A stretch of DNA of 64,000 nucleotides from Trichoplax sp. H2 (GCA_003344405.1 NOWV01000103.1:124001-188000); one strand, 5' to 3'. Shown: positions 40,097-53,830, counted from the stretch's first letter. The notes: a model not told the origin generated them from the letters alone. A program made the numbers and translations.

Positions 40097-42419
40097 GGTC
40101 TTGCTTTTACTCCGTAGCCTTTATCTTGCAATTTTTGTGCAGCCTTGCTGGTTTGCTTGTTGTCCTAAATACCTTTTCGACGCTCGCTGCCTCCCAGTAT
40201 ACTAGGGTTTGTAGCCGGCACTGATTCTGCTCAGTGTTTTATCCTTTACTTCATCTTGATATTTTGAATCCACATGGCTGTCTGCAGACTACAGTACTGT
40301 ACAGTCCATAGTTGAGTTTATAGAGGTACAATTTTTTCTTTTACCCCCTATAGTAAAGATCGAGGTCATTTTTTAACTTCTATGGTCAAGCCTGACTAGA
40401 TTGTTAACTTAAAAGTGAAATGTTAGACAGTCCAGATGTAATCTCGACTAATTATATAATTGACTTGGCGTCCATTGGGAGTATAGCCATCAGGGGCTAC
40501 TAAAGAGAAAAGATACACTCGACATTCGAGTTGGACAGATTTAAATTTTTGTTCTATAAATGTTGCTGAAATGACAGTTTTTTAGTTAATCCTTGCTTGG
40601 TCTCTCATTTCTTGAAGAAAAATTGTAATAAAATGGCTTATAATATAATAACCGGCACACCCAAAGGATTTACTATGTCATAAAGTAATTCATTTCTATC
40701 GAGAATACAGTTTCTCCAGGTTACTATGCTGGCTGAACTGCAATTCACTAATAGGAATGACTATGGTATAACAAATACCTTTGATAGTCTGAGTAGAAGG
40801 TATTCTATACAATTATTGAATCAGATTATGGGATCAAGCCATAAGTTAATCGACGTTATGTCCTGGACTCGGCATTACTTAATAACCTCGAAAATATAGT
40901 GAAAGCTTTATTGTCAATAAGTATTGCAAATCCAGCGTGGATTTAATACTCGCTGACGAAAGGATAGTCCGAAATTTTTATATGCGCAAATCAGGTCGCC
41001 ATCTCTTGCACTCGGTATTGATTAACCGTAATAATATCGAGAATAGAATACTTTATAGTCAGGAAGTCTAGTAAATTGCGCGAGGATTTCATCCTCGTCT
41101 AGAAAAGAATAATGCCGAGTTTACTGTTATAAATCAGTTGCGAGTTTTTCTGGTCTCTGTCTGTAACAAACCCACAGGAACCGTAAATAATGTTCAATTT
41201 CTCCTGTTTCTTGCTTTATGACCCTTACCATAGTAAAGTAAAGTAAGTACTGAAGAAAGGCGATGAAGGAGATAAAATGGGATAATTATTAAACAGTATT
41301 CATGCTTACTTTATTAGCCATACTGTTAGCATATGAAATATCTGATTGCAGCGAATTTAACTAAACGACATTTACAAAGTAAATGGTACTGTATCATTAA
41401 TTGGCGGTAAAGTTCAAATTGTAGGGACTCTTGCAGGTGGAATAAAGTTGAACTTGATGGTATGCTACAGTAAATAAGGATTAATGAGCTAAATAAAAAG
41501 AACATCGTAGATAGTAACTTAAATACTAAGAGAAAAAGTTTTCTTTCGATGATCTTTTGCTCTTTAGCTCTCTTTAGCAAACATTACCATAATTGGGAAT
41601 GTACTGCTGGAGTTCATTAAATGCTATAGAACACCAGTAAAAAGTTCTTATGCCTTTTCCCATCAAAAGTAAATAGGAAAATATTGACATACTGTAGACA
41701 GTACGTAAGCAGCTAGTAGAGAGCTAAAAGCAACTATAAGTCATTAACAACTTGGCCGACATGCTTGTGATGATGAATATCGCAAACTTAGTATCATTTG
41801 CTGCTTGGATATAATATGCAATGAAAGGTTTAGCTGCGAATGAAAGAAATTTGACTGCGTGTATGGCGATCGCCGTACATGAGACAATACAATGAATTGG
41901 TTCTATTTTTGTTAAAAATTTTAATTAGTATTTCGGCGTAGGGTTACGTACCGATATAAAAACTCAGTAGTAGCAAGGCTAGAATTTTGTTAAAAGCTTA
42001 GTCTTATTGTAGAATAATAGTTTTTATGCAATGGTTCTAAATACGAGAAAAGGTGTATCTAAAATGATACATGTTGTATTGCTTAGCGAAGTAAAGGTAC
42101 TGTATAGGCGTACCATAGACAAGCATACAGTGCAAATGGTGGACAGTACTTATAACGTAAGAATCGAATAGTAAAATAGTATGTAGTAAGTGTAGAGATA
42201 GCTTTTACTATTGATGATGTGAATGATAATTTCCCTAAAATCAGTCTTTACTTAGCGGCTTTTGAATCAAGAGCGACGGTAACAGTTTTCACTTCGGTGT
42301 AATGTTCCAAAGCATAGGGGCCCCTATTAAAAGAAATTTTTCTACTTAGCGCTATTAAACATCATATTTGATCAGATCGAATTTATCGTTTAAAGTATAG
42401 TTATGATCTGCAGATATTT
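39915..42419. repeat. Segmental duplication, copy 2 (paired with ~30925-34240)
   Basis: Shared strings such as aagtgagacatga, ttaatccttgcttggtctctcattt, gataaaatgggataattattaaacagtatt and the last ALDH exon. Confidence 0.9.
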
Positions 42420-44735
42420 NNNNNNNNNNNNNNNNNNNNATAACATAAGCTAGTTTGAATATTACAGGTACATGAGATACAAATACTGCATTTATCAGGA
42501 AAAAGTAAAGTCATAATCATGCAAAGAAAGTAATCGCTGGATTAAAACTTACAGCCAAGTATTTTCTGTCCCTATCGATTAGATCAGCTAATTTATTCAT
42601 CAGTAATCCACGTTTCGATGCATTCATTGTTCTCCATGGACTTCCTTTCTTAAAGGCATCTTTAGCAGCTTTGACAGCGAGATCAACATCGGCCTAAATT
42701 ATTGGTACAAGTAATACAGGGATTAGTGTATTTACTAGTAATTATAGAGTATAAAATTTGGTTATTCCTGGACCTAATGCAATAATGTATTCTGTAATAG
42801 TCTCATTGTTAAGCTGTCTTCAAAGATTGTATAGCATTTGCTTAAGCTATCGATTGGATCTAAAAACTAATTCATTCGCTCTTTTTCTATGGACGAATAA
42901 AAGGAAAATTTTGGAAATACTTTTCTATTTGACATTGGAAACATAGGATTACGTAAGCATACTTGGCGAACAACAATTGATATAAGCATTCCTTCGTCGT
43001 CATCTATCGATTGCGTTAACTATCCTGACACATTGATATTTCACAGTTCGATCAAGCTGATTATAGAAACTGCATATATTGCACTGCAACATTCTTAGTC
43101 TTATATTAATTATTGTTAAACTATTCAATTTCGAATCATTTGTAATATCGGCAATGCTCAAGGTTTGTCGCCAATAATCATTCAAATATATGTATCGTTA
43201 CACTAATACACTAAGTCCGAACCGTAGGGTAATGTCATGTCTGATAATTATAATTATAATCGATAAGTTCTAAGTTCTAATAATCATAGATTACAAATTA
43301 TCAACATGTTATGTTATCAAAATGCTTGTCTGTGTCGTGTCTAGGAATTATTCAACTTCAATATCTGAATAGTACAACGCTGCTAAGTTACAAACGATCC
43401 GTTACTATTACAGTTAGAATCTTACAAAAAGGAAAGTCTTAAGACCTCTTCGGCATTACTTCACACGATCATTCAATTACTCTGCTAATGTATGTACACT
43501 ACAACCTTCAATAAAAGTCAATTAACTAGTAGCAAAGCGCGAGCTGTATTTTATGAAAAGTATCACTAGTCAACCACAAGATGCACCACAAGGTTTAATT
43601 ATAAACTTGAAGAAAGCGGATAATGATGTTAGATCTTATCCATGGATACCTTTGGCCATTGACTTACCGCATCTCCTTCAGCAATTTCGCAAATTACTTC
43701 ACCAGTTGACGGATTGATAGTTGGAAAGACTTTACCACTAACTGCATCATGCCAATCATTATTGATAAAGATCTACAAAATACATTCCAAGTACTGTATT
43801 AGTCAGTATCAAAAATAAATTATTTACAATAGTGATGAAGTAAATGCTTAGTATACTAATTTTCAATTCTAGTTCTTGTGTTTGCGCTACTCTTCGAGGA
43901 GAAAACAGCACAACCATTCGCATCAGCGAGCAACTCTGAATCTTTACTAACGATTAATTAAATTGCTGTTCCCAGTGTAAAAGCAAGGTTATTTTACAAC
44001 TGTGATCTCTGGATGGCGGAATTTGCAAGAAAAAAACTTTGCCTGTTTGCTGCGCTACTATCGATAGAGAGCGATAAAGCAGACTTGACCTATCGTTATG
44101 ATCTAGGATTATCAGCACAGTTTACAAGTAGAAACTTCGACACATACAAGTACATAAACTACTGTACAGTATAGTAGAAGAAGAGAATCTGTAATGCAAA
44201 TTCATAGTCCATTTTAGTTGGAGACTGTATTAGATGGCTTAAAATCTGCAGCTAGAGGTAAAAATCACTTAATATTGTAGAAGTCGGATATCCATATTGA
44301 TCCCTGTGTGCAATGCTGCTGCAAAATGGAGTAATGATGGTACCCCCTGAGAATTTGCTGACTCACTCCTGCAATATCTCACATCAGGATCGTTTTATGG
44401 ACATACACCACTGCAACCGAGTGCATCCAGTTGATCTACGGTGCATACATTATATTGGGAATGATATTTCTGGATGGCAATATCACTGTCAAAGTGATAT
44501 TAAAAGATGATGCAGCCTATCCATCTTTTCGACATACTGTACACTGTACAGTGCAGTAATTGAATAAGTTTCTCATGGACAAACTGATCGTTTATCCAAG
44601 TCAAAGTAAAAATATGGAAAGCTTCAACATATGCAATCATAAGACGTTGGCAGAAAAATGATTTTTGCCATCAATTTCCTATGATACCTTCTTATATTTG
44701 ATTTCTGGATTGGGATTAAACGTCACTTCAGCCAT
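42248..44735 (-). CDS. ALDH1/2-family copy A3 (middle exons missing at the gap); exons 44735-44688, 43772-43668, 42693-42553, [gap], 42323-42248
   Basis: Exon 1 [16 protein letters not shown], exon 2 [21 protein letters not shown], exon 3 nearly identical to A1/A2, last exon ...[17 protein letters not shown]. Confidence 0.85.
42420..42439. other. Assembly gap (20 N)
   Basis: Run of N between the last exon and exon 3 of ALDH copy A3. Confidence 1.
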
Positions 44736-45699
44736 TCTCGAGCTTAGCCAACACCTTGAAATCCGATGGAGATTACCGATGTTTATACGTCTCACTCCAG
44801 AGATGATCATCATCGCAGCGATAATCGTAGTATCTGGGCAATTTATTGATACAGTGCAAATGAGCTAGCACTATTGATATGGATACCACTGTTGTTTAGT
44901 AGTGCTAGTAACTTGCAATCTTGGTTCATTATACAGTAACAAGGATCAACAATGCCAAATAATTAATTTAAAAGAAAATTATTCATGATCGAGTAGGCGT
45001 TGCCTTCGATGATCCTTATTCCAAAACTTTAATGAATACCGTATGCTTGTATACGCGTGTACAGTAGGGTAACTATGATCAGCCTTTGTAACTGAGTATT
45101 TGATCACCTCCTAAGAAAGTTAATATCGGTCGAAATCAAGCATCTATGCTAGGTAAGTGCTTTAGAATAAATTCATTTTATTCTCAATAGGTATGGTGAT
45201 ATGCTGTAGGTCGAAATCATTCTGATCCTCTTTTAAAGTTCTGCTACTTCTGTCATTAAAATAATTTGCTTGCATCATTGATGTTTAGTAGATCTTGAAA
45301 GAGTTAAGTTTCACGCTAGATGAATTATTGTAGCCTGAACCATTCCTAAACCTTGATTGTATATACCTCCTACTTTAATTTCGTATACTGTACGCGTATA
45401 ATTCACTAATTTTTGGAGTAAGTAAATGCTGAATTTGCTATACTAATTAATAATTATAAATACGTACGAATTTAAATTACAATAATTTTCATTTATTCAG
45501 ATGATATGACATCCCTTTATTAATAGCTTAGCCGCTAGCACGAACGTCTACGATACTCGTTAGCAGTAGACGCGCACTGCACACTAATTTTCTTTTCTCA
45601 ATGACATGTAGCTATTCGTGGTTTAGTGGCATGGTGTACGGCCCTCTACCAAGTGTTGCAACGCCAATAGTTCTAGCACATTATGGACTAGCGAATTTA

Positions 45700-45988
45700 T
45701 ACTGTTGCTTGTACCTCGGTTATGAATTAATCAGGGAGTCATACGAGCATACTAGTTACATCATAGGTGTTACGTATGCGATTCGCTATTTGGAAATAAG
45801 CAAAATATGGAAGATTGCCATGCTGAACTTGCAACGTCAGTAATGACACAGTATGGTAGCCATGAGCTTACACACATAACTAAACCTATCTACTGTAGAC
45901 TGTTGCTTGTACCTCGATTACATCAGATACATTATAGTTATTATATGATTTGCTATTCCGAAATGGGCAAAATATGGAAGATTGACTG
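45700..45988. repeat. Two diverged direct repeats (~90-120 bp)
   Basis: actgttgcttgtacctcg...gctatt..gaaat..gcaaaatatggaagattg occurs twice. Confidence 0.8.
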
Positions 45989-46459
45989 AGCCAAATATTA
46001 TTGGTAAATAAACTAATGATCTCGCTATTGTAGAAGATACCACACGTCTCATCAGCAGTTACCATGCCATATAAATTAGTGGCTATACTGTATGTTATTA
46101 ATACCGGATCATCAGATATAATTATCTTGTTTATCTTGAGTAAACGCATTAAAACGCATGCCTGTAGACTATTGTATTGTAAGTCTACCGTTTGATATGG
46201 TACAAAACGCACCACAAAGCTACGGCATCTGCAATAAAGCTATTAATTGTGATAAATTGTTAGATCAATACCCCCAATAGGTCATACGATAATCTATGAA
46301 AGTAATCAATTATAACACTATAGTTTATTACCGGAAGAAACAGTTAAAATTCTTCTACATGAAAGGATTTAATTTTAAATAAAGGAACACTCGCACACAC
46401 ATAGGCCTAGCATTAACATCATCACTACTTAATTATTAAAAAGTGTGTATTTAGGTAGT

Positions 46460-49400
46460 TTATTTAGCTTCTTGGCAATCCAAGGCAACGGTAACTGTCT
46501 TGACTTCAGTATAAAGTTGAAGTGCGTATTCTCCACTAATAAATTTATAATTATACGGAGAAAGTTAGTATAGATTTTTAGATCGAATGAATTAACAGGA
46601 TTGATATTGCACTGTTTAGCAGTGTAGAAAATTATTTATCAACAAGATACTCCTACTTCTATCAGAATTACTGTAAAAACTGCTGTGGCTTTAAAAACGT
46701 TTCGTAAGATCTAATACACATATACATAATAGTAATAACATGTAATTGTACTTACCATTCACGCCCAATACCAGACATCTTGAAACCGCCGAAAGGTGCT
46801 TGAGAGGCAAAGACATCATAGCAATTGACCCTGTAAGCATTAAATAACAACTAATAAATTACTGCTGGTTGTGCATTTGTTACAGTAATGCAGCAGGAGT
46901 TCAGTAGATACTGCAATGAAGTAATTCTACTTAATAATTGTGCTGTAGAGTTAAAGTTAAGTAGCAGAGCTTAAAAACGCATTTTACCAAATAGTGCCAG
47001 CTCTCAAATGATTAGAAACATGCAAGGCCTTCTTCAAATCTTTAGTGAAAACAGCCCCAGCTAATCCGTAAGTCGTATCGTTAGCACGCTCGATGACTTC
47101 ATCAAGTGTTGAAAATTTAAAAATTTGCATAACAGGTCCAAATATCTGCGTGATAGCAATAAAAAATATGTCAATCTATGAGATTTATATTTATAGATTA
47201 TTTTAGTGTTATAACATAACTGTATATGAGATAGGTATACTGCTAAACAAAATACAATGCGCACTTCTTCCTTTGCGATTCTCATATTATCTTGTACATC
47301 CGTGAATACAGTTGGCTGAATGAAATAACCACGACTACCGTAACGACATCCACCGCATTTCATGTTAGCTCCTTCACTTTTACCGCTTTCAATAAGTTCT
47401 AGAATCTTATTAAATTGGTCTTCGTCGACCTATAGGTTGTTTTAAGAGGTAGTAAGTACAATTTAACGTAATCTGTTAACTATAATAGCGCAAATCGTGC
47501 TTAACGTCGTTGCAGTATGGAAATGTTAACCTTAACCCTTATAATTAAATATGCATAATTCAATAACAAAATGGCTTACTTCAGTAGCTACGATAAGAAT
47601 GCGCCATTACAATTTAAAAGTTATCATTAAATCTATTTAATGATTGGACGGCGTATAGGCCGAAATTTTAATTTACAGCTAGTAACAAGATGAGTGTTAT
47701 GTAGAGATGGCACAAGTAGCAGTGGTTATTATACTAACTTGGGGCCCTTGTTCAACGTCATCGAAGGGATTGCCAACAGAAATGGCTTTGGCTTTGGCTA
47801 CAGCCCGAGCAACAAATTCGTCATAGATAGTATCCTGGACAAAGATACGTGTACCAGCACAGCAGCATTGGCCTTGATTAAGAAAGAGGCCTATGTGGGA
47901 CCAGTGCACCGCTTCATCAACTAAAAAATTTAACAACGTCTTCAATTATCAAGGGAATCTCTTAATATGGACGTTACAATTTTAAATTAAAGAAATACAA
48001 CTAAATATTAAAAGGAGTAAATGAAAATTATATTTTAGAATGATGAAAACTTACGGTCGGCATCATCAAAAATGATATTAGGACTCTTGCCACCCAATTC
48101 CAGCGTAACTTTTTTTAGATTAGAAGCACCAGCGGCTTTCATGATAATTTGACCAATCTACAATTCCAATGAACTGAATTAATCATAATTTTTGTGTCGC
48201 GACTTTGAACTCCGCGTAATAAAATTCTTGTAGAATTTTTTTGAACCTCAGTTGAGCCAGTAAATGCTACTTTGTCGACATCAGGATGACCAGTGATAGC
48301 TGCACCTGCAGTGGGTCCATAGCCTGGTACAACGTTAATAACACCTGGTGGAAATCCGGCCTACATTATTAATATATAAAGTTTCCAGTTAAAAACGGAA
48401 GTATAGCACGTTCGAAGAGTTGACTTCCACATCATATATTGGTCAATAAACTAGTTAGTCCCAATTTGTATCCTACCTCTACAACAAGTGAACAAAGATA
48501 CAAAGCGGTGAGAGGCGTTTGCTCGGCGGGTTTCATTACAACAACATTGCCGCATGCAATAGCAGGTGCCCATTTCCATGAGGCCATAAGGATTGGAAAG
48601 TTCCACTATTTATAATAAAATTGAAAACAGTGGTCATTAAAGATTGAATTTATTCAAGTAAAGCGATAAAGTACTGATAATTCAACTTGAGTGCAATTAT
48701 TCTCAGTACAGGCTTGAACTAAGTCAACATTAAAATGAGGCGTATTTACTGGGATTATTTGGCCACAGACACCAATTGGTTCATGTCTTGTGTATGTCAT
48801 ATATGGTCCATCTTAAACAAGGTTGTTGTTAAAACGTTAGTGAATCAAATGGCAATGGTTAACAATAATTAAACAATTAATTGTAAATATGCGTATTTCG
48901 TAAATAAATATTTTAGTAGTAAATTACCGACTGGTATCGTCTTGCCATGGATTTTATCAGCCCATCCTGCAAAATACCTAAATGGAAGAAGATGCAATCG
49001 TATCACCTGACTTTCGAAATTACTTCATTAATAACGATGCATAATTATCAACCCATTCATAGTTGGCCTACCTTAAACATGCAATTGATAGCGTTATATC
49101 AGCACTTTTAGCGACTCTTACTGGTTTACCGTTGTCAAGAGATTCTAAAGACTACGATTAGGAATAAGCTAAACTTATTAAGCAGTTAAAGAGCTCATAT
49201 TTATGAGATATGATAAATGAGTAACATTATAATCATAATCGTAAAGCATAGATGAATTAGTTAATTGCGATTTAGAATTTGAACTATAGTCTATATCTGA
49301 GCAAAAACTATCTTTACATAAAATTGCGTGATACGAATCAACTCGATTTTATCATGAACACACGTATGAGAGTATCGACTGGTAATCTATATGCTTTTCC

Positions 49401-51072
49401 CTAATTAAGTTTTATGGATAGGTCATAGGTTATGTTCAAAATTACGGCTAAGCATAACGCTTATAAGGAGAAAGTATATATCAAGTATTGATATAATAAG
49501 TACTGTAATTTACCGCTAAGTAGTCTATATCTCTTTCCATTAGATCGGCCAATTTGTTTAGTAAACGACCACGTTGAGAAGCATTCGTGGTACGCCAAAC
49601 GCTTCCCTTTTTAAAGGCCTTTTTTGCAGCTTCTACTGCAATTTCAACATCAGCCTATTACGATATAGTAGTGGATGATAAATACAATATAATGACTATA
49701 TGACAGATAAGCGATTGTTGCTCTCCTGAAATTAAAGGGTTCAATCTTTTGTAATTGCTTACCTTGTCACCTTCAGCAACATCACAAATCTTTTCACCTG
49801 TACAAGGATTGATGGTTGGAAAAGTTTTACCGCTGATAGAGTCATGCCATTCGTTATTGATGAAAACCTGTTAGGATAGAATAGCATTATCTATAACTTA
49901 GTTGATATTCAATCTAACATTGCAGTAAAATCATATCTTAACTAAATTGAGCTCTTGGGCATTAACTCTTAAAAGGTGTAGGCCAAACTATTATCTATCA
50001 TTTTCTATTACTGACCATAATAGCCACTGTTCACATTGCTAGTATACATTGTTATTCCATTCGCTACTTTATTGTAAAGATTGTCAGGAGGAATATATCA
50101 AAAATATTGCACTGTTGGCGTACGCGTCTGTACGGTGTTGAGATGGACTAAAAAGGTTTCTTGTTGGTTCATACGTATATATGATTGACCTTTAAAACAA
50201 TTTACTGTACCTAATTAATTATGTTATCAGTTGATGCATCAGTACATGCTGAACACAGGCTTATTTTTGTATTAGTATAAACACGCTACGGATATGGAGA
50301 TCTTTAGTAATTCTTTCTCCACATGATTTTGCTGTGCAAAGTAATCAGTTGATGATGGCGTGGCAATTACAGTACAATGATTGTATCTTTCAAAATGGTT
50401 ACAATTAATTTAATTAACGTATATATATCTATAACTATATTATTACTATTACTAGGAATATGCTGTAAGAACTGCTTGAAGGCGTAGGCGTACAACGAGA
50501 ACCGACGCCGTTAGACGTAGCAGATGCAAAATTTGGGTTCTCTACTGCCCCCCCCCCAAAACGTACAACTATGCTACCAGTACTGCACTGACGGCTGGGT
50601 CGATGATATTTATAGTCCCTTCTACAAGGCCAGAGAATACAATAAATCTTTCAAATTTTTTTTCAATGCATTAATATATCGAAGAAGAGAAATCGTTACC
50701 GTCTTTTCCGTATTGCTGTGCTACTGCAGTGCCCTTTCAGAATTTCAAGGCTTGCACAACTTGTCGTACAGCAAAATTGATCATTAACTGACCCATTAAG
50801 GCAAAATTGCAAAGTCATCAATATCCTCTACCTGTAGCTTAAGCTACAGACTATTGCAAATGACATTCTATCGAGAGCTACAGCATTGCTTGTTTAATTC
50901 TATTATTATTATTATTATTATTATGTATAAATCGAAGTATATGAGACAACAGTAAACTTGAGAACGCTTTAAAACTATAGATTTTTATGTTTTTTTTTAC
51001 TGTAATTGCGAGTAATCAGCAGTGCTAGCTAACCTTTGTATATTTAATTTCTGGATTAGAATCAAAAGACAT
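46460..51072 (-). CDS. ALDH1/2-family aldehyde dehydrogenase, paralog C, complete, 14 exons, ~492 aa; exons 51072-51034, 49867-49763, 49654-49514, 49151-49072, 48977-48928, 48811-48750, 48605-48477, 48360-48247, 48157-48055, 47920-47739, 47429-47265, 47145-46988, 46830-46756, 46535-46460
   Basis: [53 protein letters not shown]. Exon lengths sum to 1479 nt in frame. Confidence 0.95.
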
Positions 51073-51840
51073 GATGAAAGTTCAGTCGCTAATGTAAAAA
51101 AAGACAAGAAGTCAATGCTAAAATAGGGAAATTGATCCATATTAAATAGTAACTAGTTTAAATTGGCAAGTTATTTTCACCTGCAGTAGGTTGAAAAAGA
51201 GAATATTGCAAGGAGCGAAGTTTTATGTGTCTTACCCTGACCTGTTAGAAAAGGAAGAGAACGGTAAAACAGTTTGCAGATCTTTTTATTAACTGGAGGT
51301 ACAGTACAATACCCTGCAGTACTACAGTACAGCCGACCATGGCACTACCAGGTACTAAAGTACAGTACAGACTGTACAGTACTCTATGCAGCTAACGTAC
51401 AGTACTACAGTAGTATACTGTAGCATGCTACAGTTCGTTTGCTGGTTTGTTTACACAGTACTGTACTGTACTGTAGGTACAGGTTAAGGTTTTGTTTACA
51501 TCGATGATGCTTTGAAGGCCTTTCCAATTGGAACATGGCGTGTACACAAATCTATAGAAAAGTTCACGAATCGAACAGACTGTAGTGTAGCCAACTTGTG
51601 CAACAGGAATAAAATAGTTCAACCAGTTCAAGAAGGGGGTCAGCAAGAACGCCTTCACACTGAGTCAGCTGATGAATTTCGACTCCCCTGGTTGCTTGGC
51701 TTCATCTTTTAAAAGTATTATTGAGTTGGGTACGTAGAGTGTACCGAAGAGAAAGAAAACTTTACCCCTATGATACGGTAGACCCTGTGACTCTATAACA
51801 AATCTTGATGGGATCAATTTCAATGTGTTTTTTTTTTGCA

Positions 51841-52024
51841 GAGGTGTTGACAATAGTTTTGGCTAAGGATTCTAACCAACTTTTTATAGAGTGACGGATC
51901 TACATTAAAGTAAAAATAGAATATTCTTATAGGATTAATTTCGATCATTTTTGGGGTGAGGGTGTTGATGATAGTTTCAGTTGAGTATTGTAAGAACTTT
52001 TTATAAAGCGACGGGTCTAGATTA
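51841..52024. repeat. Two diverged direct repeats with a 120-bp period
   Basis: ggtgttga..atagttt...aactttttata.ag.gacgg.tcta.atta at 51841 and 51961. Confidence 0.7.
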
Positions 52025-52752
52025 CGGCAAAATTCAAAAGTCAAGACTAGCATACTGTACTGCAGCGGGATACAGTATATCTAAACAAATATAGTAGAAT
52101 CACTACTAGAGTGTTTCCAAGTCTGTTTATTGTAGCATTGTTGAAAAACATACGTCAACAATCAAACAGGACTTGTTACAACGTTATCGACGATCCAGTT
52201 TAGGATGTGGTATTATTAATTAAGTGAAAAAAAGGATCCGGTTTTCCGCCATATTGTACAATCCAATTTAACACGTATCTGATACAATGGAAGCAAATGT
52301 TACAATTTCGGTCCTCAATTGCTCACTAATCCATCGCAAATTGTTATATTGACATCCAAGTACAGTATTCATGGCACCATTAGTTGAACAACGAATAAAG
52401 TACTTATCTCTCCCTTAACAACAGTTGCAGGCAAAATAAACATGTAATGCTTCTGTATTCGCTATATACAATGATACAGTACTTATGCATCGAAGGTCCT
52501 GCAAAAAAACCCCCCTGCAGAACGCAGTGTACATCGTTAAAAGTAAATTAAAACACTAGATATTTGACAACATCTTGTAAAATGACGATACGAAAATACG
52601 TATAGTATTTACGTAATATGTTGTTACTGCTTGAAGTGTTGACGTCAGTGATCGACATACTAAAATATTGCATCAATCTGGGATTTTTTTTATCGTTCAA
52701 GAAGGATGATATAAATGTGAACTGTATTCGTTGACTTGCAACCAAATGCACT

Positions 52753-52785
52753 CATAGACTACTAGGTAATAACTAGTAGCCCATG
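52753..52785. repeat. 33-bp palindrome of the CAnnGACTACTA family
   Basis: CATAGACTACTAG-gtaataa-CTAGTAGCCCATG. Confidence 0.7.
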
Positions 52786-53440
52786 ATGGAAGTTAAATGA
52801 TGTTGCATTTGCAAAAGCGGCTACAGCAGACGACACCCATTCACTGATGACAACCATAACGATGATAAAAATATCAATAATCAATCATTATTGATCAATT
52901 ATAACGTATAGCTAGTAAACTCTCACGTCAGTCAAGTGTCATTAAAGGCAGAGTGCGATATTGATTAAAAATAAGATAAGATCATGAAACATTGGCTATC
53001 CAGTATTCAATGCCAATGTTCATGATCTGCACACTTGATAAAGCGCTACTTCAATCCGAAAACTATCGATTTCTATCGTTGATGATCGGAAGGAAGCGAA
53101 GTGATCGTGAATTTGCAGTAGCAACTTTTAAAGATAGCTAGCAGACTGCCATTCGCCTTTTTGTTGTTATGATATATTCTTGCTCATAATATTGTCATAA
53201 TAATGATGAGGTCATGCTACAGTACTGTACAGTATATTAACATACGGCTATCGATTATATTATACAGTACAGTACAGTATACTGTATTGCGATATTAAAG
53301 TATTATTATTATTATTATTACATTAATTTTCCCTTATTATTATTATTATGACTATACCAAGGTTATACTGTACTGTACAGTATGTACTATAATTATGCAT
53401 CATAATAATTAGGCAATGCAAGATTGATGATATAATTTGG

Positions 53441-53830
53441 TATCTTGATTGACAGCAGGGCGTTCCTTCATCACACTACCGGACGTACCGTACCATTCAT
53501 CCATTATCTTGTTGTAACTAACTACGATAAGGCAAATCGTCACTGTACTAAACTATCATGAATTTTGTCATGATACAGTATGCTATACTGTCATTTGTAT
53601 CGTGATTGACAGCAAGGCATGGCCCTGTTCCTGCCTGCATCACACCACCAAACGTATCAATTCATCCATTATCTTGTTTCAACTACGATAGGGCAAATCG
53701 TCGTGTATCGTGATTGACAGCAGGGCGTTCCTGCGTCACACCACCCGACGTACCGTTCATCCATGATCTTGTTTCAACTACGATAAGGCAAATCGTCACA
53801 GCCCTAAACTATCATTAATTTCATCATGAT
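53441..53830. repeat. Three tandem copies of a ~95-135-bp unit
   Basis: tgattgacagca.ggc...tcacac.acc..acgta...ttcatccat.atcttgtt...aactacgata.ggcaaatcgtc at ~53441, ~53598 and ~53705. Confidence 0.9.

Noticed and set aside
43995-44030. RHPEITVVK on the minus strand resembling an ALDH exon 1
   Set aside because: It has no start codon or donor site; the proper exon 1 is at 44688-44735.
50505-50585. GTAGCA...poly-C...TGCTAC hairpin-like stretch in ALDH C intron 1, a possible MITE relic
   Set aside because: The inverted match is too short and degenerate, and there is no TSD.
51488-51712. FVYIDDAL resembling a reverse-transcriptase YxDD motif in a short ORF
   Set aside because: There is a stop immediately upstream and no other RT motifs; a four-residue match is not enough.
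53441-53830. CRISPR-like appearance of repeated blocks
   Set aside because: The context is eukaryotic, whole units are homologous with no unique spacers, and there are no cas genes.
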